From NCBI GenBank assembly GCA_008080735.1, contig SHMW01000011.1, forward strand, positions 1 to 64,000: a stretch of 64,000 nt of DNA, in the 5' to 3' direction. The stretch is from Promethearchaeota archaeon (GTDB lineage Archaea; Asgardarchaeota; Lokiarchaeia; Sigyniarchaeales; SOKP01). Shown here one piece after another: positions 28,832 to 38,198 of the stretch (the first letter of the stretch is position 1; every line of letters starts with the position of its first letter). Below the pieces are notes generated by a model that saw only the letters and a list, made by a program, of their open reading frames with translations, searched no databases and was not told where the DNA came from. Position numbers and translations under genes: made by a program.

Positions 28832-30028
28832 ATGTGGTATTTTTATTCGCCAAATATTATTTATGGGGAAGATGCTCTTGACTTCATGGAAAATATTAAG
28901 GGAAATAAATGTTTTATTGTAACTGATAAGATTCTCGAAGAACTCGGGTACTTAAAGATATTAACTGATAAATTAGATGAGTTGGGAAAAGAATATGAAG
29001 TTTTTAGCGAAGTAGAACCAGATCCTAAGGCAGATGGCGTGCTAAAAGCTAGAGAACAATGCATTGAATACGCTCCAGAGTTAATCATCGCCCTTGGAGG
29101 AGGTTCTGTTATGGATACCGCCAAGACGGCTTGGGCTCTCTATGAATTTCAGGATATGACTTTAGATGACCTTCATCCGTTTAATCCTCAATTATATCAA
29201 GTTGGCGAGAAATCAGATCTGGTTGCGATTCCTACAACCTCTGGGACTGGAGCGGAGACGACCTTTGCGGTTGTTGTGTCAGTTGAGGAACAAGGGATGT
29301 GGAGAAAATCAATTCAAGCTCATAAAGGATTAATTCCCACCTTTGCTATTGTCGATCCTAGGTTTCCAGCAGGTATGCCTCCAAAATTAACCGCAGATAC
29401 AGGCTTTGACGCATTAGCACACGCACTTGAAGGGATGGTTTCTAGTTGGAAGAATGAATTCAGTTATGCGTTAGGGTTGAAGGCAATTGAAATGATCTTT
29501 GAATATTTGCCTATTGCCTATAGAAACGGTGATAATATGGAAGCGCGAGATATGATGCACCAAGCTGCCACGATGGCAGGTCTTGCATTCGGAAATGGAC
29601 AAGTACATATCGGTCATACACTCGGGCATAGTTTAGGTACAATCTTTCACACATCTCATGGCCGGGCTGTTGGTATTTTTCTCAAATACGTGACTCAATT
29701 TTGTCTCAATAATCCTGATGGGAATGAATCTGTAAATATTTATTCCAAAATGGCGAAACAATTAGGATGGGCGAACTGGGATGATCCGGATGAGAAGGCG
29801 GCCAATTCCGTAATTGATAAAATAAAAGAATTAGAAGAAAAGGTCGATATACCTCATAGTTTTAAAGGCGTTGGTCTCTCTAAAGATAAATATGAGGAAA
29901 ACATAGATAATATGGTGCAACTCTGTTTTATGGATGCAAGCGGTACGATGGCTCCAAGATCACCCAATAAGGCGGATTTTGAGAAACTGTATCGGTATGC
30001 CTATGAAGGAAAGGATGTAGATTGGTAA
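28832..30028 (+). CDS. Iron-containing alcohol dehydrogenase
   Basis: ALGGGSVMD.AK, IPTTSGTGAE, DALAHALE and GH..GH motifs. Confidence 0.93.
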   Translation: MWYFYSPNIIYGEDALDFMENIKGNKCFIVTDKILEELGYLKILTDKLDELGKEYEVFSEVEPDPKADGVLKAREQCIEYAPELIIALGGGSVMDTAKTAWALYEFQDMTLDDLHPFNPQLYQVGEKSDLVAIPTTSGTGAETTFAVVVSVEEQGMWRKSIQAHKGLIPTFAIVDPRFPAGMPPKLTADTGFDALAHALEGMVSSWKNEFSYALGLKAIEMIFEYLPIAYRNGDNMEARDMMHQAATMAGLAFGNGQVHIGHTLGHSLGTIFHTSHGRAVGIFLKYVTQFCLNNPDGNESVNIYSKMAKQLGWANWDDPDEKAANSVIDKIKELEEKVDIPHSFKGVGLSKDKYEENIDNMVQLCFMDASGTMAPRSPNKADFEKLYRYAYEGKDVDW

Positions 30029-30104
30029 TTTAGTAAATAATTTCAAGTCATTCTCTCTTTTTTTTAACCACAAATAGATATTTCTTTTTAACCTAAATGC
30101 ATTT

Positions 30105-32366
30105 TTAATAAGACTTTTTTATCGGGATTGAAATATAGAAAGTAGATCCTTGATTTCTTCCTTGAGACTCCATCCAGATTTTACCCCCATGAAGTTCAAT
30201 TAATTCTTTCGAAATATACAAACCTAATCCCGAACCATTAATTTCTAAGTCTAACCCTTGGCCATAGCGCTCTATTTTTCCGAATTGAGTAAATAATAAT
30301 TTTTTTTCAGCCTCAGTGAATCCAACTCCGGTATCATTTATTGATATTATATAGTAATCATCTTTTTTTTCCGATTTTATGCAAATTTCTCCATTTTCAG
30401 GAGTATATTTTATTGCATTTGATATCAAATTATTTAAGACTTCATAGATCTTTTCTTTTTCAAAATAAGTTTCAAGTTTATTGTGTAAATCTAGCTGGAT
30501 CTTTTGACCCCTCTTCTCTGCTAGGGGTTTTAATTCTTTTATAGTATATTTTATTAAAAAAACCAAATCCTCCTTTTCTTGATTGAGTTTAATTTTTCCA
30601 GATTCTAACTTAGAAGCTTCAATTAATTCTCTAACTAAATCTTCCAATCGTTTAGTTCCCTCCTTTATATTATGAGCAATCTTTAATATATCGTATGAAA
30701 GCTCATCTTGATATACCTCGAGTAAAAAGTCTGCATATCCCTTAATAGAGATTAAAGGAGTCTTAAGTTCATGAGTAATTCTCCGCAAAAAATCCGATTT
30801 AAGCTTATTGACTTTTTCCAACTCTTTTTGAATATTCTTTTTATCGGTTATATCGACAATAGTCACAAAAGAGGCATCTCTACCTTTATATGTAATATCT
30901 TTATAGAAAATATCAATCCATTTTACTTCACCAATGGAGGTGACCCCCCGAAATTCATAATGATTTCTTGCTTTTTTAGGATTGGTTTTTCTCAGTAGCA
31001 TTTGTTTTTTAACATATTCTAAATCATCTGGATGGATATATTTTTGAAAATCACTTGCTCTTTTATCCATCAAATCTTTCAGATCAAATTCAAATATATC
31101 TGCCCATTTTTGATTTACATATTTTATAGTATTATCTTGGACTATTTGAATTCCAGTTGAAGATTGTTCTGCGAGGCTTTTGAATAAAATTGCTGTTTCT
31201 TCCAAATCTTGTTCCATTAACTTTCTATCTGTGATATCAATTAAAATAATTAGATTGGCTTCTTTTTCATCATAAAGTATTTTCTTCGTTTGACTTTCAA
31301 CCCAAAACACCTCCCCTTCATTATTTACTATTCTAAACTCATAGGGTTCAAACTCTTTCGAATCATTCGCCGTTCTTTTAGTGTATTGGCCCATTACTTT
31401 ATCTCTGTCATCAGGATGGATGAATTCGGACAGAGTTCCGATATCAAAATGTTCCACTTGTGTTTCTTTAAGTCCTCCAAATTCTAATGCTTTTTTATTG
31501 ATGAACTTTAGCTCTCCATCTTGAACAATTTGGATTCCAAGAGAAGATTGTTCAGCTACTTTTCGAAATTTTTCCTCCGACTCTTCCAATCGCTTCTTAA
31601 TATACTTTTTCTCAGTTACATCTATTACCATACCTATATATTTGGAGATCTCTCCATTCTGATTGAAAACTGGAATCGCATGGTCTAATATATGTCGAGT
31701 TTCTCGCGTCTTTTTATGTATAATTCGAAATTCACTATTGTAATTCTCTTTATTTTTAAACGCTTTAAGATAATCATCTACAAATCTCCTTCTATCTTCT
31801 GGATGCACTATTTTGAACATTAACCTGGGATCATCACAAAATTCTTGAAGTGAATATCCCGTCCATTTTTCAAACTTTTTTGACATAAATTCTATGGTTC
31901 CATTCACATCGGTGTAAACAGAATATACAGCGAGAGGGAGGTTTTGAATGAGGCTCCGATATTTTCCTCCGACCTCAAAGAATCGGTTTTCTAATTCTTT
32001 TTCTTTTTTAATGCTTTTGGTAAACATTAAAACGTAATCTTGAGGTAGAAATTCGTAATTGATCTGAAGAAATTCTTCTTTTTCGATGGTGAGAGGTTTA
32101 TAGGGTAGTTCTTCTTCAATAGAAATTTTCTTATCAAGGCATCTCTTTAAATTACGTAGAATATGTGGTTTATCTTTAAAAATTACAGTGGCTTTCTCTC
32201 CTTTAATCTTTTTAATTTTTTGATTAGTCAGCTCGATTGCGGATCTGTTGTAATTAGTTAAAATAAAATCTTCCTGCCATCTTTTCCAAATAAAGCAAGG
32301 TAAAGGGATGGCATTAAATAGAAATCTCATTTTTTCTGGTTTATCGAATAATGAAGATTCATCCAT
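30105..32366 (-). CDS. Soluble multi-PAS sensor histidine kinase
   Basis: Repeated HP.D PAS/PAC units, THELKTPL H-box, NLISNAIKY, DTGVG and GSGLGL boxes. Confidence 0.93.
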   Translation of the reverse strand: MDESSLFDKPEKMRFLFNAIPLPCFIWKRWQEDFILTNYNRSAIELTNQKIKKIKGEKATVIFKDKPHILRNLKRCLDKKISIEEELPYKPLTIEKEEFLQINYEFLPQDYVLMFTKSIKKEKELENRFFEVGGKYRSLIQNLPLAVYSVYTDVNGTIEFMSKKFEKWTGYSLQEFCDDPRLMFKIVHPEDRRRFVDDYLKAFKNKENYNSEFRIIHKKTRETRHILDHAIPVFNQNGEISKYIGMVIDVTEKKYIKKRLEESEEKFRKVAEQSSLGIQIVQDGELKFINKKALEFGGLKETQVEHFDIGTLSEFIHPDDRDKVMGQYTKRTANDSKEFEPYEFRIVNNEGEVFWVESQTKKILYDEKEANLIILIDITDRKLMEQDLEETAILFKSLAEQSSTGIQIVQDNTIKYVNQKWADIFEFDLKDLMDKRASDFQKYIHPDDLEYVKKQMLLRKTNPKKARNHYEFRGVTSIGEVKWIDIFYKDITYKGRDASFVTIVDITDKKNIQKELEKVNKLKSDFLRRITHELKTPLISIKGYADFLLEVYQDELSYDILKIAHNIKEGTKRLEDLVRELIEASKLESGKIKLNQEKEDLVFLIKYTIKELKPLAEKRGQKIQLDLHNKLETYFEKEKIYEVLNNLISNAIKYTPENGEICIKSEKKDDYYIISINDTGVGFTEAEKKLLFTQFGKIERYGQGLDLEINGSGLGLYISKELIELHGGKIWMESQGRNQGSTFYISIPIKKSY

Positions 32367-32739
32367 TATAAAACCCCTGATTCCTTTTATTCTACAAAAA
32401 TTAAATGTAAATAATCTGCAAAAATAGTACCACTTATTATTTTTATAACCTTTCTTTTAAGAGGATTTAATTACTAATTTAGAGAATTTTTATAAAATTC
32501 TTTTTTTAATGGTTTCATAAATATAGCAAAAAAAATGATTACATTTATAAAGCAAACTGATCACTATCGTAACTTAGATTATTTATCTCACTATTATAGA
32601 TTCAGATATTTTTTTAATCAGCTATCGACTTAATTTATACTTCCAAAGGTTCTCTAGTAGAGATAATTCTGAATGGATAAAGTTTAGTGAAGAAATTTCA
32701 TTACCATATGAATTTTAAAATAATTGATCCTGTTCTTAA

Positions 32740-33357
32740 TTTAGAGCACCCCAGCGTCCAGAACGTATTAAATATTGCACAAGATATTTTAGATCAGAAT
32801 TCCGAAATTCCGAAATAAATGAGATTCTTTTTTCTGGGTTTATAAATGCGGTACAGCATATGAGTAAGGAAGTTATGGATGTAGGAGGATTATTGGATAT
32901 AAACATGGAAAAAGGTATAATGATTTTACACCATTCTCGCAATATTACCGTTGGATTAGTAGCTTCAAAATCGTCAAAGTTACTGAGAGAATCTTTATTA
33001 AAATTTTCAATGGATTTTGAAACTAAATTTAAATTTGAATTAAATCAATCAATTAAAGAGATGAATGCTTATAGCGGTGCTTGTGAGCTAATCGAGAAAT
33101 ATTTTTCAAACTTTCCATATCGAATTTTTACAAACAAGAAACAACCCTTATTACTTTCGGGAAAATTTACTCAGATTCCTAAAGAATTGGACGAGAGGAT
33201 AAAAACTACATTTCCTGATGAAAAAGAGTATGAATTCATTAAATCGGAATTACTTAAAGTTCCTCTCTATACTTATTCGGAATTTGAAAATTTATACAAT
33301 GAATTACAAGATGAGATGAAAAAAATTCCTAAAAAAGAATTTCACTTTCTGGATTGA
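32740..33357 (+). pseudogene. Longin-like domain fragment, probably 5'-truncated
   Basis: The frame is open from 32740. The longin-like helix (EILFSGFINAVQHMSKEVM) begins before the first ATG (32860), followed by beta strands and LRESL.KF...FE.KF. Confidence 0.5.
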
Positions 33358-33452
33358 GAAACCAATTGATATGATAATCATTTTTCAGTTTATAAAATAC
33401 CAAAAATGTATAACTAAAAATCCGAAAATAATAATCAAAAAAAAAAAAATGA

Positions 33453-33902
33453 TTAGATTGGTTTAAAATATTCAATATCCGTGATCTTTTTCTGACGTCG
33501 ATCTTTAAAGACAGCTTCAACTCGCATACCCTTTTTAAATTTCTCATGATCAGATTCATTGATAATATGCACGAATCCTGTATCGGCACCGTCCAGAACA
33601 ATGATTGCGTATCCAAAGGGCGGTTTTAAAGGCATAACATCGGTTGAGTGGTTGATAATTGTAAATCCTTCAACGGTTCCTTGCTTTCCTACTTCCGTCC
33701 ACTCTTCCATTTTTTCAAAACACTCAAAACATACCATTTTTGGAGGAACATATACCTTTCCGCATTTTGGGCATTTCACACCCATGATTTTATCTTCCTT
33801 TCCGATAGCTTCCATAAATCTCTCAACATAATCACCCGCTGTATGCTTATAAGGAACCTTAATTCTTCCTCTATATATTTTTTTCTCCTTTTCTTCACTC
33901 AT
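33453..33902 (-). CDS. DUF35 Zn-ribbon/OB-fold protein
   Basis: GVKCPKCGKVYVPP...CFEC, LDGADT and ITDI.YF motifs. Confidence 0.92.
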   Translation of the reverse strand: MSEEKEKKIYRGRIKVPYKHTAGDYVERFMEAIGKEDKIMGVKCPKCGKVYVPPKMVCFECFEKMEEWTEVGKQGTVEGFTIINHSTDVMPLKPPFGYAIIVLDGADTGFVHIINESDHEKFKKGMRVEAVFKDRRQKKITDIEYFKPI

Positions 33903-33918
33903 TTTTATTTACCTCCTT

Positions 33919-34404
33919 TTATTCCTCCCTGATTATTTCAAAATACGGAATATCTCCTAAGGTCCCTTCCATCTCGTCTTTAAAGACTGCTTTCACTCTC
34001 TGACCGATTTTCATTTTATTATGGTCCTTTTCATTGATAAAATGCATAGTATAAGTATCTGCACCGTCTAATTGAAAAAGTCCATATCCATATGGAAATG
34101 GTCTCATCCCTCCTGTTTGAGGATCTACAAATGGATAATTTACAACTGTAAAGCCTACTAAAGTACCAGTAGGAGGAACCTCAACCATATCATCCGCAGT
34201 CATACGAACTACACATTCTGCACATACACCACGTGGAGGAAAATGCATTTTTCCACATTTAGGACATTTACTTCCAAGTAATTTCCGTTCCTTCTTAAGT
34301 GTATCAAAAAATTTTACCGATAATTTTCCTATCGCATATTTATATGGAAGGTCAGTCTTCCATCTTATTTCAAATGGTTTTTCTTTTTCATTTTTTTTTC
34401 CCAT
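33919..34404 (-). CDS. DUF35 Zn-ribbon/OB-fold protein
   Basis: GSKCPKCG...FPPR.VCAEC and LDGADT motifs. Confidence 0.92.
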   Translation of the reverse strand: MGKKNEKEKPFEIRWKTDLPYKYAIGKLSVKFFDTLKKERKLLGSKCPKCGKMHFPPRGVCAECVVRMTADDMVEVPPTGTLVGFTVVNYPFVDPQTGGMRPFPYGYGLFQLDGADTYTMHFINEKDHNKMKIGQRVKAVFKDEMEGTLGDIPYFEIIREE

Positions 34405-34411
34405 TTTTTAA

Positions 34412-35605
34412 TCACCCCGGTGGTTCATTGCCTAATATAGCTAATTCGGTCCATAATGAGCCTCCAAATCCCATCGCGAGCGCCTTTTCTGCATCTGGCA
34501 CTTGTCGCTTTTCTCCCCGATCCATAACTTGTAACGCAGCTTCCGCTATTCGAACCAAAGCAGTTGCACCAATCGGATTAGTACTTAAAACTCCTCCTGA
34601 AGGATTGACAGGTAATTCGCCGCCCATTTGAGTGATGCCTTCTCTGAGAATTTCACCACCTTTACCAGGTTCAGCAAAACCCAAAGCTTCGGTCCAAGAT
34701 AATTCTGCCCAAGACGTTGGTTCATATACTTCTGCCACGTCTAAATCTTTTATTGGATCTTTTATCCCCGCCTTTTTATAAGCTTTTTTAGAGGCAAATG
34801 TGGCTGTGGGTAAATCATACATCTTATCATCGCATCCAAAGGTATAATAATGTGCAGTTGCAACGGAATGGAACCATGCTGGATTATCTCGGATCTTTTT
34901 AGCTTCACTTTCTTTAGCATAAACCACGGCACATGCGCCCTCGCTTTGAGGACAACAATCGTGGAGTCGTAATGGGTAAGAAATCGTTTGAGAACCCATT
35001 ACATAATCCAAGGTAATATTAGGCATTTGTAAATGCGCAAAAGGATTATTCGCAGCATTACTACGATTTTTCACTGTGACCATTGCTGCTGTCTCAGGGC
35101 TCACATTATATTCATTCATATACATATTCGCCATAAGCGCAAGCGGTCCCAATGCACCTGCAAGGGAAGGGCGCTCCCACACAGGATCAAAAGCAGTAAT
35201 GATACCAGTCGTTGCACCGCCTTCATTTAATTTCTCCCAGCCTACCACTAGCACTTTATCGTATATACCCGAGGCTACATTATAATATCCACTTATCCCC
35301 AAGGAACTCCCCGTTGTACCACCAGTTGCGATTTTCACAACTGGTTTCATAAACCCGGGGGCAGCATCAATTCCACACCACATCTCTGAGAAGTTAATAC
35401 CTTCGAAATGATCCATTTGGCATCTAACGTCGATAAGACGTTAAATGTTACCTATTAGAATAGCATCAATGTCTTTAGGCTCCAATTGAGCATCATCTAA
35501 AGCCATTTTTACTGCTTCATAGACCATTTCGGGGATATTCACATCCCTCCGTTTACTTCTGAACTTGGTTTGTCCGATTCCTACTATTCCTACTTTTTCT
35601 GGCAT
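34412..35605 (-). CDS. SCP2-type thiolase-fold protein (Ltp3-like), split: join(35447..35605, 34412..35416), 387 aa after removal of a 30-nt insert
   Basis: The track ORF (35416) lacks the thiolase N-terminus. That N-terminus is in the same frame from ATG 35605 (MPEKVGIVGIGQTKF...DIDAILIGN), which overlaps the upstream stop (TAATG) and has a GGAGGTGA SD. It is separated from the rest by an in-frame TAA at 35441-35443. Confidence 0.88.
35417..35446 (-). other. Putative 30-nt bulge-helix-bulge mRNA intron
   Basis: mRNA reads GGUA-AC^A-UUUAACGUC-UUAUC-GACGUUAGA-UGCC-AA^A-UG: a 4-bp central helix, two 3-nt bulges and a 9-bp inner stem. Canonical cuts restore GGU AAC AUG GAU. Confidence 0.8.
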
Positions 35606-36762
35606 TACTTTTCACCTCCAAAAATTAATACACAATTGCCCTGAGAACAGATTCCATTCATCCCATTTGCAAGTCCGAGATTTGCATTGGGAACTTGGCG
35701 TTTTTCAGCTTTTCCCATCAATTGAAGCGCGATCTCTGCCACGCGAATTAATCCATTTGCCATCGTGGGATTACTTGAAAGAACACCACCCGAAGGATTT
35801 ACGGGTATGGACCCGTTCATTTCAGTTTCACCGCTATCAATAAAATTGCCTCCTTGACCTTTCTTGCAAAAGCCGAGTGCCTCATAACTCATTAATTCAT
35901 GGGTTGAAAATGCATCATAGACCTCTGCCAAGTCCAATTCTTTCTTAGGATCTGTGATTCCCGCCATTTTATATGCTTCCTTCGCTGCTCCTTCTAATCC
36001 TATCAAATCGCTCATATTTCTATGTCCTAAGTAATATGCATCTGTACAACTTGCATAACCCTTTAACCATACGGGACTATCTGTTAACTCATTTGCCTTC
36101 TCTTCATTTGCTAATAACATTGCAACCGCACCATCAGAAAACGGTGGAAAATCTAATTCTTTCAAGGGAAATGCGACCATCGGAGAATTCAATACATCCT
36201 CTAAGGAGACCGCCTCTTGAAGATGGGCATAAGGATTCGATAAGGCGTTTTTTCGATTTTTCACAACAACCTTTGCCGCCTGCTCTTCTGTCACTCCATA
36301 CTTAGTCATATACATATTTGCCATCAGCCCCGCCGCAGAGATTTGGTCAAGACCAAGATGTCTTTGGAAAAACGGGTCGAAAATACTATTATTGATCAGA
36401 TATTGGTCACCCTCTGAACATTTAGTATGGGACACCACCAAGACGGTATCATATTCTCCGGAAAGCACTCGCATAGCACCATATACATATGCAAAGGCGC
36501 CATCTCCCGATACTCTTGATTCTGCCTTTCGTACGGATCCAACAGCATCTTGTATCGCCATATTTGCTATCGTTCGACCATCGTTGAAATCATTAGAGCT
36601 GGAAATGACACATCCAACATCATCATTGGTTATTCCCAATTGATTATGCAACTCTTTTACCACCTCAAATACAAGCTCCGATATGGTCAATTCGATCTTT
36701 TCCTGCTCATATTTAGATTGTGAAACACCACATATTGCTACGTTTCCTTCCATGACTTTCAC
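35605..36762 (-). CDS. SCP2-type thiolase-fold protein (Ltp4-like)
   Basis: S.DF.DGRTI, V.GDGAFA, VKNR.NA..NP.A, EVYDAF and PVNPSGG motifs. Confidence 0.9.
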   Translation of the reverse strand: MKVMEGNVAICGVSQSKYEQEKIELTISELVFEVVKELHNQLGITNDDVGCVISSSNDFNDGRTIANMAIQDAVGSVRKAESRVSGDGAFAYVYGAMRVLSGEYDTVLVVSHTKCSEGDQYLINNSIFDPFFQRHLGLDQISAAGLMANMYMTKYGVTEEQAAKVVVKNRKNALSNPYAHLQEAVSLEDVLNSPMVAFPLKELDFPPFSDGAVAMLLANEEKANELTDSPVWLKGYASCTDAYYLGHRNMSDLIGLEGAAKEAYKMAGITDPKKELDLAEVYDAFSTHELMSYEALGFCKKGQGGNFIDSGETEMNGSIPVNPSGGVLSSNPTMANGLIRVAEIALQLMGKAEKRQVPNANLGLANGMNGICSQGNCVLIFGGEK

Positions 36763-37074
36763 TTTTAATATATAATTTAATTTATGTAATTTTGTTATTA
36801 ATTGGAATTTATAGTAAATACTTTAATATGCAACTCAGAAATATTTAAAGCTTTCATCCAGTTTTTATTTAATTTTGATCAAATATCATAGATTATCTAA
36901 CAAATAATATAGGACGCTTGAATATCAGCTCAATTCTCACTAAACAGAACTTCTAATTTTGAATAAGGATTTTTTCAAAAACGAAAATCAAAAACGAAAA
37001 TTATAAATAAACTAAGAATTAATGCTATTTCACCAGTCATTAGTAGCATTGAAAAACAATAATAACTCATTAAT

Positions 37075-37896
37075 ATGAATGTCGAAGATTTTGAAGATGT
37101 AAAATATGATAAAGAGGATAACGGTATTTGCACCGCAATGATAAGCAGACCAGAGAGGAGAAATGCGGTTTCTTATGTGACCTTCCTTGAAATATATACC
37201 GTATTAGAAGATATGGAACAAGATAAAAACGCAAAAGTTTTAATCATTACGGGGGATCCCAAGGGAAATGCTTTTACCTCGGGAGGTTATTTTGAACCAA
37301 ATTTTTTCGAAAAAGTACATAAGGATATAAGGGCGGAAATTAACTTAATGGATATTGCCCAAAAGCGCACCTGCATGAGATTTTGGGAATTCTCTAAACC
37401 GGTAATCGCTGCAATTAACGGGATGGCAATTGGAGGGGGCATCTCTATGCCTTTAGCAGGTGCCGATCTGATCTATATGGCAGAAGATGCGTGGTTAGGG
37501 TTCTATTTTTCAAAACGAGCCATAATTGGAGAATTTGGGATGAATTTTCTTTTACCCTTCTATTTGGGATTCCAAAAAGCGAAAGAAATCCTGTATTTCG
37601 GAAAAAAAATAACTGCCAAACAGGCATATGAACTAGGTTTGGTCAATAAAGTTCTCCCTACAGATGAATTAATGTCTTTTACTCGTACACAGGCTTTAAA
37701 GCTGATACCGCCGAAAGCTCCTACTAAGTCTATTAACTTAATGAAAAAAATTATGCATAATTATTTTAGACCTATATTGGACCAGACTCTTGATTTAGAA
37801 AATCGCGGTTTAAGGAAAACGTTCCGTTCGAAAGATTTTAGAGAATCAATGAATGCTTTGAAAGAAAAACGAGAACCTCATTTTATTGGAAAATAA
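37075..37896 (+). CDS. Enoyl-CoA hydratase/isomerase family protein
   Basis: RPERRNA, AFTSGG and AAINGMAIGGG motifs; paralog of 2932..3753. Confidence 0.9.
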   Translation: MNVEDFEDVKYDKEDNGICTAMISRPERRNAVSYVTFLEIYTVLEDMEQDKNAKVLIITGDPKGNAFTSGGYFEPNFFEKVHKDIRAEINLMDIAQKRTCMRFWEFSKPVIAAINGMAIGGGISMPLAGADLIYMAEDAWLGFYFSKRAIIGEFGMNFLLPFYLGFQKAKEILYFGKKITAKQAYELGLVNKVLPTDELMSFTRTQALKLIPPKAPTKSINLMKKIMHNYFRPILDQTLDLENRGLRKTFRSKDFRESMNALKEKREPHFIGK

Positions 37897-38198
37897 AATA
37901 TTTAGCTTCAGATTTTATCCCTTTTTATATTTGAAGATATAAATCTTTATAGTTTTATTTTATAAAAAGAATTATTTAGATCTGAGCTTACTATCTGGAA
38001 TTAATTCAAAAATTTCTCATTTTCGTAATCTTTTCGATATAATCTTGGAATACTCTAAAGAGTGTGTTAATTTTATACTAAAAACTAAAAGAATCAATAA
38101 TAAACCATATTTATATGGAAATAACTTTCGATCTCGATCGATAAGATGAAAATTTATATAGGAAACTATCAATATTAATTGTTACAAATTGATTAAAA

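Noticed and set aside
35441-35443. Selenocysteine/pyrrolysine recoding or simple readthrough of the internal stop
   Set aside because: The stop is UAA, not UGA or UAG, and readthrough would leave 10 extra residues in a conserved core segment. BHB excision explains both the stop and the extra length.
35417-35446. Transposon footprint or ribosomal bypass as the explanation of the insert
   Set aside because: Only a 2-nt AT repeat flanks it, and take-off/landing codons do not match (AUU vs AUG). Less parsimonious than the exact BHB geometry, though not formally excluded.
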